Part shown: in pieces, positions 12,616-26,500 of the stretch
How positions within the stretch are numbered: position 1 is the first letter of the stretch
How the letters are laid out: every line of letters starts with the position of its first letter
Program-made: the position numbers and the translations under genes
Notes under the pieces: generated by a model
Databases searched by the model: none
Seen by the model: the letters and a program-made list of their open reading frames with translations, nothing else
What the model was told of the DNA's origin: nothing
Source of the DNA: Macrostomum hystrix
Lineage: Eukaryota; Animalia; Platyhelminthes
Direction of reading: 5' to 3'
DNA length: 64,000 nucleotides
Assembly: GCA_950097015.1 (NCBI GenBank)
Contig: CATNEN010000003.1
Coordinates: 12,152,001 to 12,216,000, forward strand

Positions 12616-13438
12616 CTGTCGGGTCTATCATTTTAAAGTGGGGTTTAAGCCACACTGGGTTGATATTAAACTAGGGTTAAAGTCGGAAAGGAGCTAAAAT
12701 AAAGGTGGAGCTCTAGTCGAAGCCGTGTTATTTTCGACGCGTTTAAAAAAAATTTAAATTAGGAAGCCAAGTGAAAAAATAATACGAAAAATAAGCATAC
12801 TAAGCATAAGCTATTTAGCACCTTAAAAAATAAATATTGTTGGGCTTTCTAGAATGACAAACTAAAAAACTGGGATATAGTTCTGGGATATTTACAGATT
12901 GTAAATTTAAGTTTCAGTTTGTATTCGCACATATGTAAAAATACGTTTACCCTTTTTTGAACTCAAAATATACTAAAACGTAAAAAATTATTCGATGGAA
13001 AAATTAAATAAAAATAGATGTAAGACACTGGCCTTGAAAGTTAGTAATTTTCCATATCAGCACTACTATAAGCATTAAAACTGGAGCACAATGACTATTT
13101 TTAATAGGTAAAAATGTAGCCTATTTTTATAACAAGCAAAACAGAGAAGAACACAATAACACACCTAACTATAAGAACTACAACAACTACAGAGACTACT
13201 GGTCAATAAAGCATAGTAGAAAAGTTAACGAAAAAAATAAGTGAAAATAAACACACAACATAAAAAAATAATAAGGCCATGGAGTCTATTAACTTTAAAC
13301 TGTGCGAGAAATCCATAAAACATTTAGAACTCCCAATAATACCAGCACTGTCTCTTTATTAATATTTCTTTGTTAAATGTGTCCTTTTTGCTGCCCGCCA
13401 GTGACAATGAACACGAGTTATAAATGAAGGCCGAAGTT

Positions 13439-14502
13439 CTACTGACTGATGGCAGTGCTGAGTTTTTCAACCTGAAACATAATTTTATATTTTGCATTGG
13501 AGATCGATAGGCTATTAATTGAAGAAATTTATTTTATAAGTAGAGGTAAATTTCAATAATAATTTGTAAATATTTCTACTGTAAGTAGGACAGTGCAAAA
13601 AGCATGCTGCGTGTAAGCTCACCCATTCGTTAGCCCCCTTGGGCGTATTAGCGTACAATTTAATGACGCGTTGATCTTTTCTAATTAGTTCAAAGAATGC
13701 CGCCTCAGGTATTTTGCGCGGCGCCCCGGCCGGTGCAGAGCCTGATAGTCGAACGCTGAGCAATTCTACCAAGCTAATGACTGACGACTTACTGCCCGAA
13801 GGATCGCGATGGGCGTCCCAATAGCGCAGCTCGTGCCGCTCCGGATTCAGCACAAACTGTCTGGGCATCCATTGCCTCAAAAGCTTGCCCTGTTTATGAA
13901 GGGTGGCTTCCAGTACACCGGAGGCTTGACGATGAGCTGTAGAAGTCGGCGGCCGTCTGGGTGGCGGCGGTCGAACAGGCCGTGTTGGACTGGCGTCGGC
14001 AACTTCAGACGTGGTCGACAATTGCATGACATCTTCGGGCACAGATTTATTCGCGTCGGTGACGCCCGCTGACGGATTGGCATTGGCTGACGACAACAGC
14101 GGCGGCGGCGGACGAACAGGCGGTTTGGTCTGGCCGATACTCGAACTCGTAACCGCTGTTGAACTGTTAACACCGGCTGTAGTACTACTATTAGTAGCGG
14201 CAGTAATAGCAGCGCTAGTACTGACAGCTGATGACCCAGGCGAAGTCAAAGCTCTAGTTAGCAGGGATCGACTATTGTCTATGTGCCAAAGCTTGGCGGC
14301 GGAAATGGCCGTTTCGGTGTTACCCGCTACGGCGGCGGATGTCTGGGTCCGATGCCTGCGCAGGGTAGTTCGTTTCAGTAGCTTGTGCCAGGTGTCGTGA
14401 CAACCAATTGAAGTGGCAACAGCCAGTTCTTCAATAGAGCAGCCAATAGCCGATGTGGCATCCGGATAATAATTGTAGCCTAGTTCAACTTCATCCTCAG
14501 GC

Positions 14503-14546
<44 letters not shown>

Positions 14547-17500
14547 GAACTCGGTGGGCTTGCTAGCGGAATCAGCAGCAGCAGCGGCGGCTGCAGCAGC
14601 GGCATCCTTAGCTAGGGCAGTTTTGGCCTCGCTGGCGGCCAAGTGCCAGCGACGCTCCTGGGCGCACAGGTCTGGATCGGCGCTGGGACCGTAAGCCGCC
14701 TCCTCTCTGGTGAAGTAGGTCCACCTGGGGCAAGATTGGTTTTGATGGGGTATAGCGGCTGCAATTAAGATCTGGGAGCTGGGATCTGGGATTCAGTATC
14801 TGCGATCTGGGCTCTGGGATCTAGGATCTGTAATTTCGGAAGTTGGATCGAGCACATGGGATCTTAGAAATGGGATCTGGGATATAGGCGGAGCTGCAGA
14901 TGCAGTGGCAGTTGCAGCCGGACGGATCAGAGGTGATTGCAAACGGTTCACGCACTGTCAGTTGCAGAGCGGAACTATTGTACGACTCGAGTTGAGCTCC
15001 TCGCTGTGGTCAGCTTCATTCGCTTGTTTAGGTACTTTCTTCACTCACTCTTTGTTGGATTCACTCATTTAAGAATGTCGAAGTTCAGGCAGCGAGGTGG
15101 CTTCAACAACTAGCCTATTTCCACCATAATTCATCGCGCTGGAAAAGATCAAGGAAATGCTGACGGGTTGTCTCGCCGATCGCAAAAGTCACTTTGGAGC
15201 AACGACGTGTCCATTATGTATCTAGCAACCGCTAGTTGGCCAGGTCACGTTCGAATCTAAGCTACAGGAACGAAGCACAGCTCACCCTCGGGTAACTAGA
15301 CGCTACCGAGTCAACGACGCCCCAATGGAAAGCTTTGATAGCAAGGAAGACCTATGCGTCTTTAGTAACCTCTTGTCTCTTCGAACTCAGAAAAGCTTCA
15401 AAGTTGCGCTGGCTGCCGAAGTGGTCGATTCAGTCATCAAAAGTAACGTCTAGATTTTGGTTTCCAGGTCTTGGTAGCCTCGTCGAGGAATTTATTCGAC
15501 GCTGTGTGACCTGCGGCAAGTCGAAAACAAAGCAAGGTCGTGCACCACTGGAGCCAATTCAAACTGGTGCTCCGCTTGAACGCGCCATGGTCGACATCGT
15601 CGGTCCACTACCACGATCGAAAAAAGGAAACATGTACTCGCATGTCCTTACGGTCCAAGACGCCTTCACTAAATGGCCGGATGCCAATCCGCTGCGGAAT
15701 TAAAAAGCCGCTTTTTGTGTGGGGGTATTGGTCGAGCGCTGGATCAGTCAGCATTGATGGCCACAGTTCCTGCACTCGGACCATGATCGAAGTTTCGAGT
15801 CAAAGATAGGCTAGGGACGGCTTAGAGACTGCTGACCAGAGTAGAGACGATACACAGCGTCTGCCGGCCCCTGAGCAGCGAGAGCACAACGAGGAGACGA
15901 CGATGAAGACTAAGAATATAGGTGGCTTCAGCTGCCTCGACCTGAAGCAGCGGATGTCGCCGCGCCGGAGCGAGGCACCAGTTCCTATCCCGTTAAAAAT
16001 CGAGTGCCTACATAGTTTTTTTCGGGAACCCTAAGCTGTATCGACGGTTCGATCGAACGTGCAGAGAAGATAGTAGGATAGAGGGAGCACTGAATTATTT
16101 TGTTTCTGGACTGAAGTTAAATGCTACCGTCGAAATTTTAGGATGTACTACGAAGCTTTGGGCTGGGATTTGGTACCTAGGATCTGGGATCTGGGATCTC
16201 GGATCTAGGATCTGGGATCTTGGATCTGGGATCTTGGATCTGGGATCTTGGATCGAAGATCTGGGATCGAAGATCTGGGATCGAAGATCTGGGATCGAAG
16301 ATCTGGGATCGAAGATCTGGGATCGAAGATCTGGGATCGAAGATCTGGGATCGAAGATCTGGGATCGAAGATCTGGGATCGAAGATCTGGGATCTAGGAT
16401 CGAAGATCTGGGATCTGGGACCGAAGATCGGGGATCTAGGACCTTCAAAGAATATTAAAAAACGATCTAAAAGCATGGAGATACTCTAGACGACCTTCTA
16501 TACCAAAAACAGTCATCTAACACCAACCTTTGTAGCAGAGCTTGTGTAGTGACAGGGCGCAACACAGTAGACGGTCTCTGATGCTGCTTTGATCTAGCCC
16601 TGAAGTCGGAGGAGGCATCAGCGGTCACGACCGTGGACAACTCAGGCGCGTATGCCAGATTAAGATAAGCTGTGGACATAGACATCTGAGAGGCCAGATA
16701 GGACCAGAAATCAGCGCAGCCAATGTCGGCAAATAACCGATCAGATTCGCAATTGCCTAAGAAGTTGGCAAACCTACAGCCGACAGTGTGATAGGCCAGA
16801 GTCAACAGGAAGTGCTGATTGAACTCAAACGACAACGGGAATTGGTGCAATAGTTGGTGCACGGCGTCTAAGAATAGCAGAAATACGGGAGAGAAGTGAT
16901 TGCTTTCCGGGCCTTTTAGACGACCGAATCTGGAAAAAATCAGCAGGTTTAATAAAAAACTGTGCTAACCAAAGTGTTATAAAAAATAATTAAAAGTCAA
17001 CCAGGCAATTGTTAGAGTAACTGTTAGACACGGTAAAATAACTGTTAGACATAGTAAAATAACTGTTAGACACGGTAGAAAAACTGTTAGACACGGTAGA
17101 CTAACTGTTATACACGGTAGACAAACTGTTAGACATGGTAAAATAACTGTTAGACATAGTAAAATAACTGTTAGACATGGTAAAATAACTGTTAGACACG
17201 GTAGAATAACTGTTAGACACGGTAAAATAACTGTTAGACACGGTAGACAAACTGTTAGACACGGTAGAATAACTGTTAGACACGGTAGACTAATAGTCAG
17301 ACAAGAAAATATTGACAGCATACGTTTGACAATTTAAAGCAACACAGCTCACCTGATATCGAATTGATGCCCAAACAGCAGCCAATCTTTCTCTAGTAGG
17401 GATCGAAATCCCACCAGAGTGCGATAGTGCCTATCCAGCATGAGTTGCGCCAATGACAGTACAGCAGCTGTGGCATCCCAGCCGTCCTCCAATGCTAGCA

Positions 17501-20500
17501 GAACAGATCTAGACTGGCAGGCAATTAGATTAACAACCGCGCCAGCTAGATCTAGCAGGCACTGGACCAGGTTCAGCCATCGAGTGCCTTCAAAGGCGCG
17601 CAGAAAGCTCTTCTTATTAGACTTATGCGGCGCAACAGATCCGCTAGCAACTGGGGTCGACAATGGCAACGGCTTGCTTGGCAGGCACACTTGCATTAGA
17701 CGATTGTACGAGTCACGTATAGAAGAAGTAGTCGGGTAGTCATCGATGGGAACTAGCTCTGCGCCTTCGATGCGATGAGCACGGATCTGCGCGACAGGGG
17801 GTGAGAACTGCCTGCTTAGCCAGTGGATCAGCATTCTTAGCTTGTGGATTAGCCTTCTTAGCCTGTGGATTAGCATTCTTAGCCTGTGGATTAGCATTCT
17901 TAGCTTGTGGATTCGACTGCTTAGCCTGCTTAGCCAGTGGATTAGCATTCTTAGCTTGTGGATTAGCCTGCTTAGCCTGTGGATTAGCCTGCTTAGCCTG
18001 CGGATTATCCAGCTTGGCTTGTGGATAAGCCTTCTTAGCTTGTGGATTAGCCTGCTTAGCCTGTGGATTAGCCTGCTTAGCCAGTGGATTAGCCTGCTTA
18101 GCCTGTGGATTATCCAGCTTGGCTTGTGGATAAGCCTTCTTAGCCTGTGGATTAGCATTCTTAGCTTGTGGATTAGCCTTCTTAGCCTGTGGAATAGCCT
18201 GCTTAGCCAGTGGATTAGCCTGCTTAGCCAGTGGATTAGCCTGCTTAGCCAGTGGATTAGCCTGCTTAGCCAGTGGATTAGCCTGCTTAGCCTGTGGATT
18301 AGCCTGCTTAGCCTGTGGACTAGTCTATTTTTAGAATCGTTCACCTGTAGATTATCATAACTGTTTACCTGTAGATTAGCCCAATCCTTAGATTAGTCTA
18401 CTTATTAGGTTACTGTTTAAAAAACATGCATTTGTTTAAAAAATGCATAAAAAATATTGCACACAAAAAATACCTTGGCAACTGCCGAGCGATCAGTAAA
18501 GATGTACAATTGTATCTTCTGATTGGCTAACGGATCTATAGATGTGCTGGAATGCTGAATAGCTCCCATTGTGGATGGCGACCTGATGCCTAAAAATTGG
18601 TAAATCAATAAGAGGCAAAACTGTATTGTACGAGATTTTTACTACTTAATATACTACTTATTGTTGCATTTAGATTTTTTTAATTAAAGTTTTTTTAATT
18701 CAGTAATTTATTTCTTAGAAATATTTAATCTAATCTAAAAAACGAATTAATTGATTAAATAGAAAAAAACATTTTATTGGTTAGTGGTTGCAATATTGTG
18801 ATCAAACATAGTTTTTATTGATAATTTATTTTTTACATACTACTGGATTTTTTAAAATGTTGATTTAAAAAACAATTATAGCTAAAAGTCATGCAAAAAT
18901 GACGCATGTTTTGCGGCATAATTAATACTGAATATTGATTTATTTATTTTTTACTTTATTTTACTAATGCAATTAAAACAAAGTATAATGGAGCTACAAA
19001 AACATGAACACTGTACCAAAAGCAAGTGTTAAGCGCTTGTTAAGCGATCTGGCACTGGTGACAGGTCCCAGACACGATTTTGGACCAGTTTGTCGACCCA
19101 GTGTTAGCCGGAGTGTTAGATGACGTCTACGAATATTGTTAGACTGTGAGGCAACTGGATAAGCTGCTGCTGCTGGTTTGTTATTAAAAGCTGTTAGATA
19201 GTGCATTGTTTTGTTTTTCTGGCTACGCTCATCGTCACCAGCAGCACCAGCAGCAGCAGCAACCGGCCTCATTTTCTTACGTCGAAATGTGGAAGATAAA
19301 AAACCTGCCGCTCGACTGAAGCCGAAAGTGTCCGTTTCTAAGACAGTGGGTGCAGACAATTTAATATTGCGCATGTCTGTGCTTACTTATTTAAGCTATC
19401 ACATTGTACATGAAACCTTGACAAAAATCATTTAATTAAATACTTTTTGCGTTAAATATCCTGTTCTCGTAACTGCCTCTGAACCAGGTCATTCCACACG
19501 AGCTGTGTCATTCTATGAGCTGTTATTCTATGAGTTGTAATTTATTAAACTATCATTTTATGAGCTGTTATTTTATGACCTGTGTCGTTCTATGAGCTGG
19601 GTCATTTTATAAGCTATCATTTTATGAGCTGTCATTCTATGACCTGTGTCGTTCTATGAGCTGTGTCATTCTATGAGCTGTCATTCTATGAGTTGTAATT
19701 TATTAAACTATCATTTTATGAGCTGTTGTCATTCTTATTTTTAACAAGCATTATCTTTTGAAAACATAACATTATTTTTAAAATAAATACATAATTTAAG
19801 ATTGCAATTGATTTTTTTCCTAGCAATGACTAGTAGAAAGAACAGCTTTTAACTGACAAATTCGAGAAAGTATACTAGACACGCGACAATAAATACCGTT
19901 TATACAAAGTTAGTATTTTTAAATATAATTTATTAGTGCCTCACATAATGAAATTAAAGGAATAAGAGAACTGTTAAGTTTCTTAAGTTCTCATATTACA
20001 ATGTTAAAATTCAGTGGAAATTTAAAATCATGCGTCCTTTTTTTAAAAACAATATCTTACCGTAAAAAGCTTAAGTAAAAGTTGTCAATTTTTTCAATTT
20101 AAACAAAAACCTTTCTTCTAGCTCGTATTATAATTAAATTTATGATCACCTTTGTTCATTAGGCCACTACTTGAATTGTGACCATTTATTGGCATAAATG
20201 AACGCAGATAACTCTTAAAATCTGTTGACTGCTGCTGCTGTTGCTGATCCAATTGACGAGGCAGGGTGTAAATGTTGTACCGGCCGTTCGTAGTCGCTGC
20301 GTTTTGCGCAACAAGCGCAACATGTGGCACTTTAAATGGGATTTTTATTCGATTAAAAATATAATAATACACCTTTGATTATTTCTAAGATTGCTTTTAG
20401 AAAAAACTTTTGAAATCAGTTTTTTGCAGAAACCGTTAAATCAATATTTTGTAAGCAAATAAATTAACGAATTGAATAATCTATTTATTTTCTGAGATTT

Positions 20501-23500
20501 ATTCACTCACCATCTGAAACTTGCATGCAGGGTATTTAGTAAAGAGTTACTAATAATAGTTCATAAAAATGTACCAATTACTTCAAAAAAGCGTTAAGAA
20601 AAAGAGACACAATTTCTAACAAAGGATAGTAGAGATCAGAAAACAAGCACAACAACAAAAACCTAGGTAATATTATGATGATTTTAAACTGCATAGCATA
20701 AGTCACGTGATGACAATTCAGCAGGTGTAAATTTTTGTCTTATCTAAATATCTCCGAAGCATTCTCTAAAGTTTGCTCCACAATACATGGATTCTGGACT
20801 GCTGCACTCCCAAATCCTCAGATTAGGACAGCTGCACTCATAAATCCTCAGATTAGGACAGCTGCACTCATAAATCCTCAGATTAGGACAGATGCACTCA
20901 TAAATCCTCAGATTAGGACTGCTGCACTCCCAAATCCACAAATTAGGACAGCTGCACTCCCAAATCCTCAGATTAGGACTGCTGCACTCCCAAATCCTCA
21001 GATTAGGACAACTGCACTTCCAAATCCTCAGATTAGGACAACTGCACTCCCAAATCCTCAGATTAGGACAGCTGCACTCCCAAATCCTCAGATTAGGACT
21101 GCTGCACTCCCAAATCCTCAGATTAGGACAGCTGCACTCCCAAATCCTCAGATTAGGACAGCTGCGCTCCCAAATCCTCAGATTAGGACTGCTGCACTCC
21201 CAAATCCTCAGATTAGGACAGCTGCGCTCCCAAATCCTCAGATTAGGACAGCTGCACTCCCAAATCCTCAGATTAGGACAGCTGCACTCCCAAATCCTCA
21301 GATTAGGACAGCTGCACTCCCAAATCCACAAATTAGGACAGCTGCACTCCCAAATCCTCAGATTAGGACAGCTGCACTCCCAAATCCTCAGATTAGGACA
21401 GTTGCACTCCCAAATCCTCAGATTAGGACAGCTGCACTCCCAAATGCTCAAATTAGGACAGTTGCACTCCCAAATCCTCAGATTAGGACAGCTGCACTCC
21501 CAAATGCTCAAATTAGGACAGCTGCACTCCCAAATCCTCAGATTAGGACAGCTGCACTCCCAAATCCACAGATTAGGACAGCTGCACTCCCAAATCCTCA
21601 GATTAGGACAGCTACACTCCCAAATCCTCAGATTAGGACAGCTACACTCCCAAATCCCCAGATTAGGACAGCTTCACTCCCAAATCTTCAAATTAGGACA
21701 GTTTGACTACCAAATCATCAGATTAAGACAGCTTCACTCCCAAATCCTCAGATTAGGACAACTGCACTCCCAAATCCTCAGATTAGGACAGCTTCACTCC
21801 CAAATCCTCAGATTAGGACAGCTTCACTCCCAAATCCTCAGATTAGGACAGCTTCACTCCCAAATCCTCAAATTAGGACAGTTTGACTACCAAATCCTCA
21901 GATTAAGACAGCTTCACTCCCAAATCCTCAGATTAGGACAGCTTCACTCCCAAATCCTCAGATTAGGACAGCTACACTCCCAAATCCCCAGATTAGGACA
22001 GCTTCACTCCCAAATCCTCAGATTAGGACAGCTTCACTCCCAAATCCTCAAATTAGGACAGTTTGACTACCAAATCCTCAGATTAAGACAGCTTCACTCC
22101 CAAATCCTCAGATTAGGACAGCTACACTCCCAAATCCTCAGATTAGGACAGCTACACTCCCAAATCCCCAGATTAGGACAGCTTCACTCCCAAATCTTCA
22201 AATTAGGACAGTTTGACTACCAAATCATCAGATTAAGACAGCTTCACTCCCAAATCCTCAGATTAGGACAACTGCACTCCCAAATCCTCAGATTAGGACA
22301 GCTTCACTCCCAAATCCTCAGATTAGGACAGCTTCACTCCCAAATCCTCAGATTAGGACAGCTTCACTCCCAAATCCTCAAATTAGGACAGTTTGACTAC
22401 CAAATCCTCAGATTAAGACAGCTTCACTCCCAAATCCTCAGATTAGGACAGCTTCACTCCCAAATCCTCAAATTAGGACAGTTTGACTACCAAATCCTCA
22501 GATTAAGACAGCTTCACTCCCAAATCCTCAAATTAGGACAACTGCACTCCCAAATCTTCAAATTAGGACAGTTTGACTACCAAATCCTCAGATTAAGACA
22601 GCAAAACTTCTAGATCCTCAGCCTGAAGTTGTCCCTAGTCGGTCAGATCCTCAGGTTTCCAACAAAAAAGCAATTTGCTCACAAACACTAGACACGAAGA
22701 AATGGAAGCTGGTACAATCAAACAATGCAATTCGACTTACTTTTCAGTCTAGCCGCTCCGCTTCGAACCGAACTGAACAGTCGATCAAACTGAGTATTGC
22801 CTCCAGCGTTGCCACTAGCTCGGGAAATGTGGCGCCTTGAAGCGAAGTCGCCACTAGCTACGTGACTATGACTGACAATGTCGGACAGTTCGTCAGAAGC
22901 CGCAGCCTCATCAACCACAGGCTTCGGCTTCTTCTTCTCCTCATCGCCGTCGCTACCGTCGCTTCTATTCGATAATTCTTCGTCCAATTCCGAATTGGCA
23001 GACATCATGGCTTCTTCTTCGTCGTCGTCGGATGTGCGATCGTCGCGATCCACTAAATCGGGTGCATTATTTTTGTCAACGGAGCCACTGCCAGCCATGT
23101 TACTGGCATGGGCGCAGGCTGCTAAGGCTTGAAAAAGTCGCTCCTGCTCTTCGGACAGTCGGACACCGTCCGTTCCTGTGTCGGCGCCGCCACCGGCGCC
23201 TCCTACTACGCCGCCGCCTAGTGCGCTAGCCCAGGCCAGAGATTTACCTTGAAAAGATCCGGCTCTAAATAATAGCGCCCCGTTGCTATGACAACGCCAG
23301 ACAGCGACGGGAAATCGACACTGCCTATGAGCTTTGGCTAGTCGTCTAAGTGCGTCGTCTGTCACGGCTCTGGGCACCAATAGAATAGCCGGATACGATG
23401 GCACGAGGTCATGCTCGAAGTTCGAGTAGGTTACCCTCAGACAGATGGCATCCGTCACTGACTGGCCAAGCAGGCCCAGTCTGTAAAGATCTTCATAGCC

Positions 23501-26500
23501 GGGCGTGTCCAGGGTGCCTCTCAAAGCCTCGGAGGTTGGCCGAGATCGCTGATGATGCCGACTGCTGGCTCCGCTGAAGCCAGGAGTTCGAGACGCTGAC
23601 AAACCTTGGGAAAGTCGGGAAAGTTAAAGCAGGAAAACTCAAATAATTGAACCACAAGATGATCGCGCATAAAAATCTGGGAGAATGACAGGCAATGAGG
23701 ATCTGGCAGAATGAGAGTTGATGAGGATCTGCGAGAATGACAGGCAATGAGGATCTGGCAGAATGAGAGTTGATGAGGATCTGGGAGAATGACAGGCAAT
23801 GAGGATCTGGGAGAATGACAGGCAATAAGGATCTGGGAGAATGACCGGCAATGAGGATCTGGGAGAATGACAGGCAATAAGGGTCTGGGAGAATGACAGG
23901 CAATGAGGATCTGGGAGAATGACAGGCAATGAGGATCTGGGAGAATGACAGGCAATGAGGATCTGGGAGAATGACAGGCAATGAGGATCTGGGAGAATGA
24001 CCGGCAATGAGGATCTGGGAGAATGACAGGCAATGAGGATCTGGGAGAATGACAGGCAATGAGGATCTGGGAGAATGACCAACCCTCATCGCTGCCGTGA
24101 GCGGAGTTTCGCTCGAACCCCGCACTGCTTTGGTCGTGCAGCGCGGACGATGACGTCGCCGTGACAGGCGGTGGTGGTCGAAGCTTGCTGCGCCACTGAT
24201 ACTCCTGCAGTTGCTGCTGATGCTTCAGTGAAGCGGCACCCGAATTAACACCTGGTCGCAAGGTGATCATCTTCTTGACTAGCTTGCGACTACAAAAAAC
24301 AAACAAATTACGGATTGAAAAAGTGAAAAACACTCAGGTGAATATTCGTGAGCACAACTCTGTTACCTTAGCGAGTACGGTTTAGATTGTGATTTCTTAG
24401 TCTTTTTCACTAGTCCAGGGATATCTGATGCGGTGCTACCAGTTCCTGCAGCAGCAGCAGCAGCAGCAGCAGTACTAGACGCTGGCATTATCAAGTGAGC
24501 TGCTTCGTTGCTTTCAGCTAGCATCAGTTCGTCATCAAGTTCGCCCACAAGTCGGCCGCCACCAGCTGCTAGGGCGAAGAATTCTCGCACATTAGCCGGA
24601 TGGCGAGCCGATTGAATTCGATCAAGAAGCTCCTGGATTGAGCGAGACTAAATCAGTTTAACCACTGATCGATTGAACACCGACCGGATAAACAAGTACT
24701 AACCAGTCATTATAATTATATTATTGCAGGAGGGCTGCGGGCAATGGCACATCATTTGGTGACACTAGACCTGCAGCCAGCGAGGAGGCAATTCTGCCTA
24801 TTCTGCTGACTCCTGAGCACAGACACACACAGGTGTGTACATCTGCCTTGACTTTCTCATCGTCAGGCAGGGTACACTTTCACTGTGCCTTTTGAGGTTG
24901 GCCCTCAAGTACGTCAATTGCACGACAAGCCCCCAACCCTTCTCTATGCGGCTGCGCCCTAAATGAATGTGGCCTCGCCGCGGAATCGAGCTCAGGGACC
25001 TTGCTGCGAGAGGCAAACGCGTTAGACCGCACTGCCACTCACCCCCATCAGATGGGGGTAATTCAAGTATAAATTGACTTAAATTGAACCATTCTAACTA
25101 CTGACCCATCAATCAATCCAACACTGACACACCTACTGACCCATCAATCAATCTAACACTGACTCACCTACTGACCCATCAATCAATCCTACACTGACTC
25201 ACCTACTGACCCATCAATCAATCTAATACTGACTCACCTACTGACCCATCAATCAATCCTACATTGACTCACCTACTGACCCGTCAATCAATCTAACACT
25301 GACTCACCTACTGACCTATCAATCAATCCTACATTGACTCACCTACTGACCCGTCAATTAATCTTACATTACTCACCTACTGACCCATCAATCAATCCTA
25401 CAGTGACTCAACTACTGACCCGTCAATCAATCTTACATTACTCACCTACTGACCCATCAATCAATCCTACAGTGACTCAACTACTGACCCGTCAATCAAT
25501 CTTACATTGACTCACCTACTGACCTATTAATCAATCCTACATTGCCGAATCTAATGACACGAATATCAGTCTCAAATTCACACATATTTTGGTATACCAA
25601 TTCCAGAAAATATCTCAGACAACTTGAAGTAATTAACTCCACAGCCTCACCTGTATCTCTTCCTCGCTAGCATCAAATCCGATCTTCATAGCCTCGAAGG
25701 TGCCAGACTTGAACAGCACCTGATGCCGAACCGAGTGCCGATTCAAAACAGACGGCAAAACAGCTAAATCGCGTTCGGCTTTGCCCAACTCTTTTGCTTT
25801 GTGCAGTGCGGCTACTGGGAAACAGCGAACAATGGCCTTCTCCGATTGCAGCACGTTTGATGGCACACCTTTGAATATGACGCTGGAAAAGGCGGACATG
25901 GCGGCTTCGTGAGTAATGAATGATAACTGATAAGATGAAAAACACTTAACGGTTGGGATATGCAGGTCTCTAAAAGTATCTGGGAGAGTGACAGACTTCA
26001 GCTATCCAGGAGAGTGACAGACTTCAGCTATCCAGGAGAGTGACAGACTTCAGATAACTGGGAGAGTGACAGACTTCAGATAACTGGGAGAGTGACAGAC
26101 TTCAGATAACTGGGAGAGTGACAGACTTCAGCTATCTGGGAGAGTGACAGACTTCAGATAACTGGGAGAGTGACAGACTTCAGATAACTGGGAGAGTGAC
26201 AGACTTCAGATAACTGGGAGAGTGACAGACTTCAGATAACTGGGAGAGTGACAGACTTCAGATAACTGGGAGAGTGACAGACTTCAGATAACTGGGAGAG
26301 TGACAGACTTCAGATAACTGGGAGAGTGACAGACTTCAGATAACTGGGAGAGTGACAGACTTCAGATAACTGGGGGAGTGACAGACTTCAGATAACTGGG
26401 GGAGTGAGAACCTTCAGCTATCAGGGAAAGAAAAAAAGAAATTACCGATAATTGGTAGCCATAAAGAGTCCTTCAGCAGGCAGCCAGCCAATGTCGGGCG

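Noticed and set aside
11815-12636. Cys-rich 273-aa ORF (KPQCGCEIKVGL)n as a metal-binding protein
   Set aside because: Pure 33-bp minisatellite with no ATG start or unique coding flanks
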